64,000 nt of DNA, taken from contig CAVQRZ010000009.1 of the NCBI GenBank assembly GCA_963715335.1, positions 96,001 through 160,000 of the forward strand, given 5' to 3'. This document shows, one piece after another, positions 63,619-64,000 of the stretch. The translations under genes were made by a program, and so were the position numbers. The notes beneath the pieces are model-generated. The model worked only from the letters and a program-made list of their open reading frames with translations, was not told the DNA's origin and ran no database searches. How positions within the stretch are numbered: the first letter of the stretch is position 1; every line of letters starts with the position of its first letter. This DNA comes from an uncultured delta proteobacterium. GTDB taxonomy: Bacteria > Desulfobacterota > Desulfuromonadia > Desulfuromonadales > BM103.

Positions 63619-63978
63619 ATGAGTGATGAACTGTTCGAACGTCGTAAAACAGAGCGTCGTTACGCCCTGAATTTTCTCGATTATGAAATCCTTGGTGACT
63701 CCGGTGAGGTGTCTGGCCGCGGCCTCGCCCGCACCCTCAACGTCAGCGAGGACGGCCTGCGTCTGGAAACCGGTTTATTCTTTGAACCAGGCCAGCAGCT
63801 GCGGATTACCTTGGGGCTTGACAACGACCTGGTTCAGGTCACGGGCCGGGTTGTTAACTCGCAACCTGAAAACGACGAGCTGTGCAGCAGCGGCATCCTG
63901 TTTGTCGAGCTTGCAGATCAGGATCGGCAAACCTACCAGAAGCATTTCGAGAATTTGAAAGCAGCGCTTGGCGAATAG
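63619..63978 (+). CDS. PilZ domain protein
   Basis: ERRKTER (RxxxR) and NVSEDG (D/NxSxxG) motifs. Confidence 0.82.
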   Translation: MSDELFERRKTERRYALNFLDYEILGDSGEVSGRGLARTLNVSEDGLRLETGLFFEPGQQLRITLGLDNDLVQVTGRVVNSQPENDELCSSGILFVELADQDRQTYQKHFENLKAALGE

Positions 63979-64000
63979 GGCCAGCCGGAGATAAACCCAA

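Overview
GC-rich bacterial chromosomal segment. Gene content (SfrAB-type NADPH oxidoreductase, rubrerythrin, sigma54 regulators, UGA-recoded redox proteins) suggests a Desulfuromonadales/Geobacterales-like anaerobe (inference). It holds about 55 CDS, mostly housekeeping (tadA, serS, fumC, rnd, def, fmt, htpX, rsmB, rpe, uvrA, pdxA), plus MlaFED-like and nucleoside ABC transporters and a two-component-linked Msr cluster. There are four tRNAs (Ser-CGA, Ser-GCT, Ser-TGA, Arg-ACG). Most notable: (1) a ~135-nt structured element with compensatory base changes downstream of two different tRNA-Ser genes, each copy carrying a duplicated tRNA 3' end and a closing stem matched to its host tRNA; (2) two probable selenoproteins missed by the ORF track, an exported Cys-free peroxiredoxin and a 50-aa membrane micro-protein with UxxxxC; (3) a sigma54-type operon of helical lipoproteins (one ending in KKK), two L,D-transpeptidases and a catalytically dead homologue, possibly a Braun-lipoprotein-like envelope tether; (4) two tandem integrase-less cassettes at tRNA-Arg (DpsL-like ferritin; primase-helicase plus RhuM-Fic); (5) several families of structured non-coding intergenic repeats. 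Five single-base frameshifts in otherwise intact genes suggest indel errors in the assembly. No CRISPR array, rRNA, integrase or transposase gene was seen.
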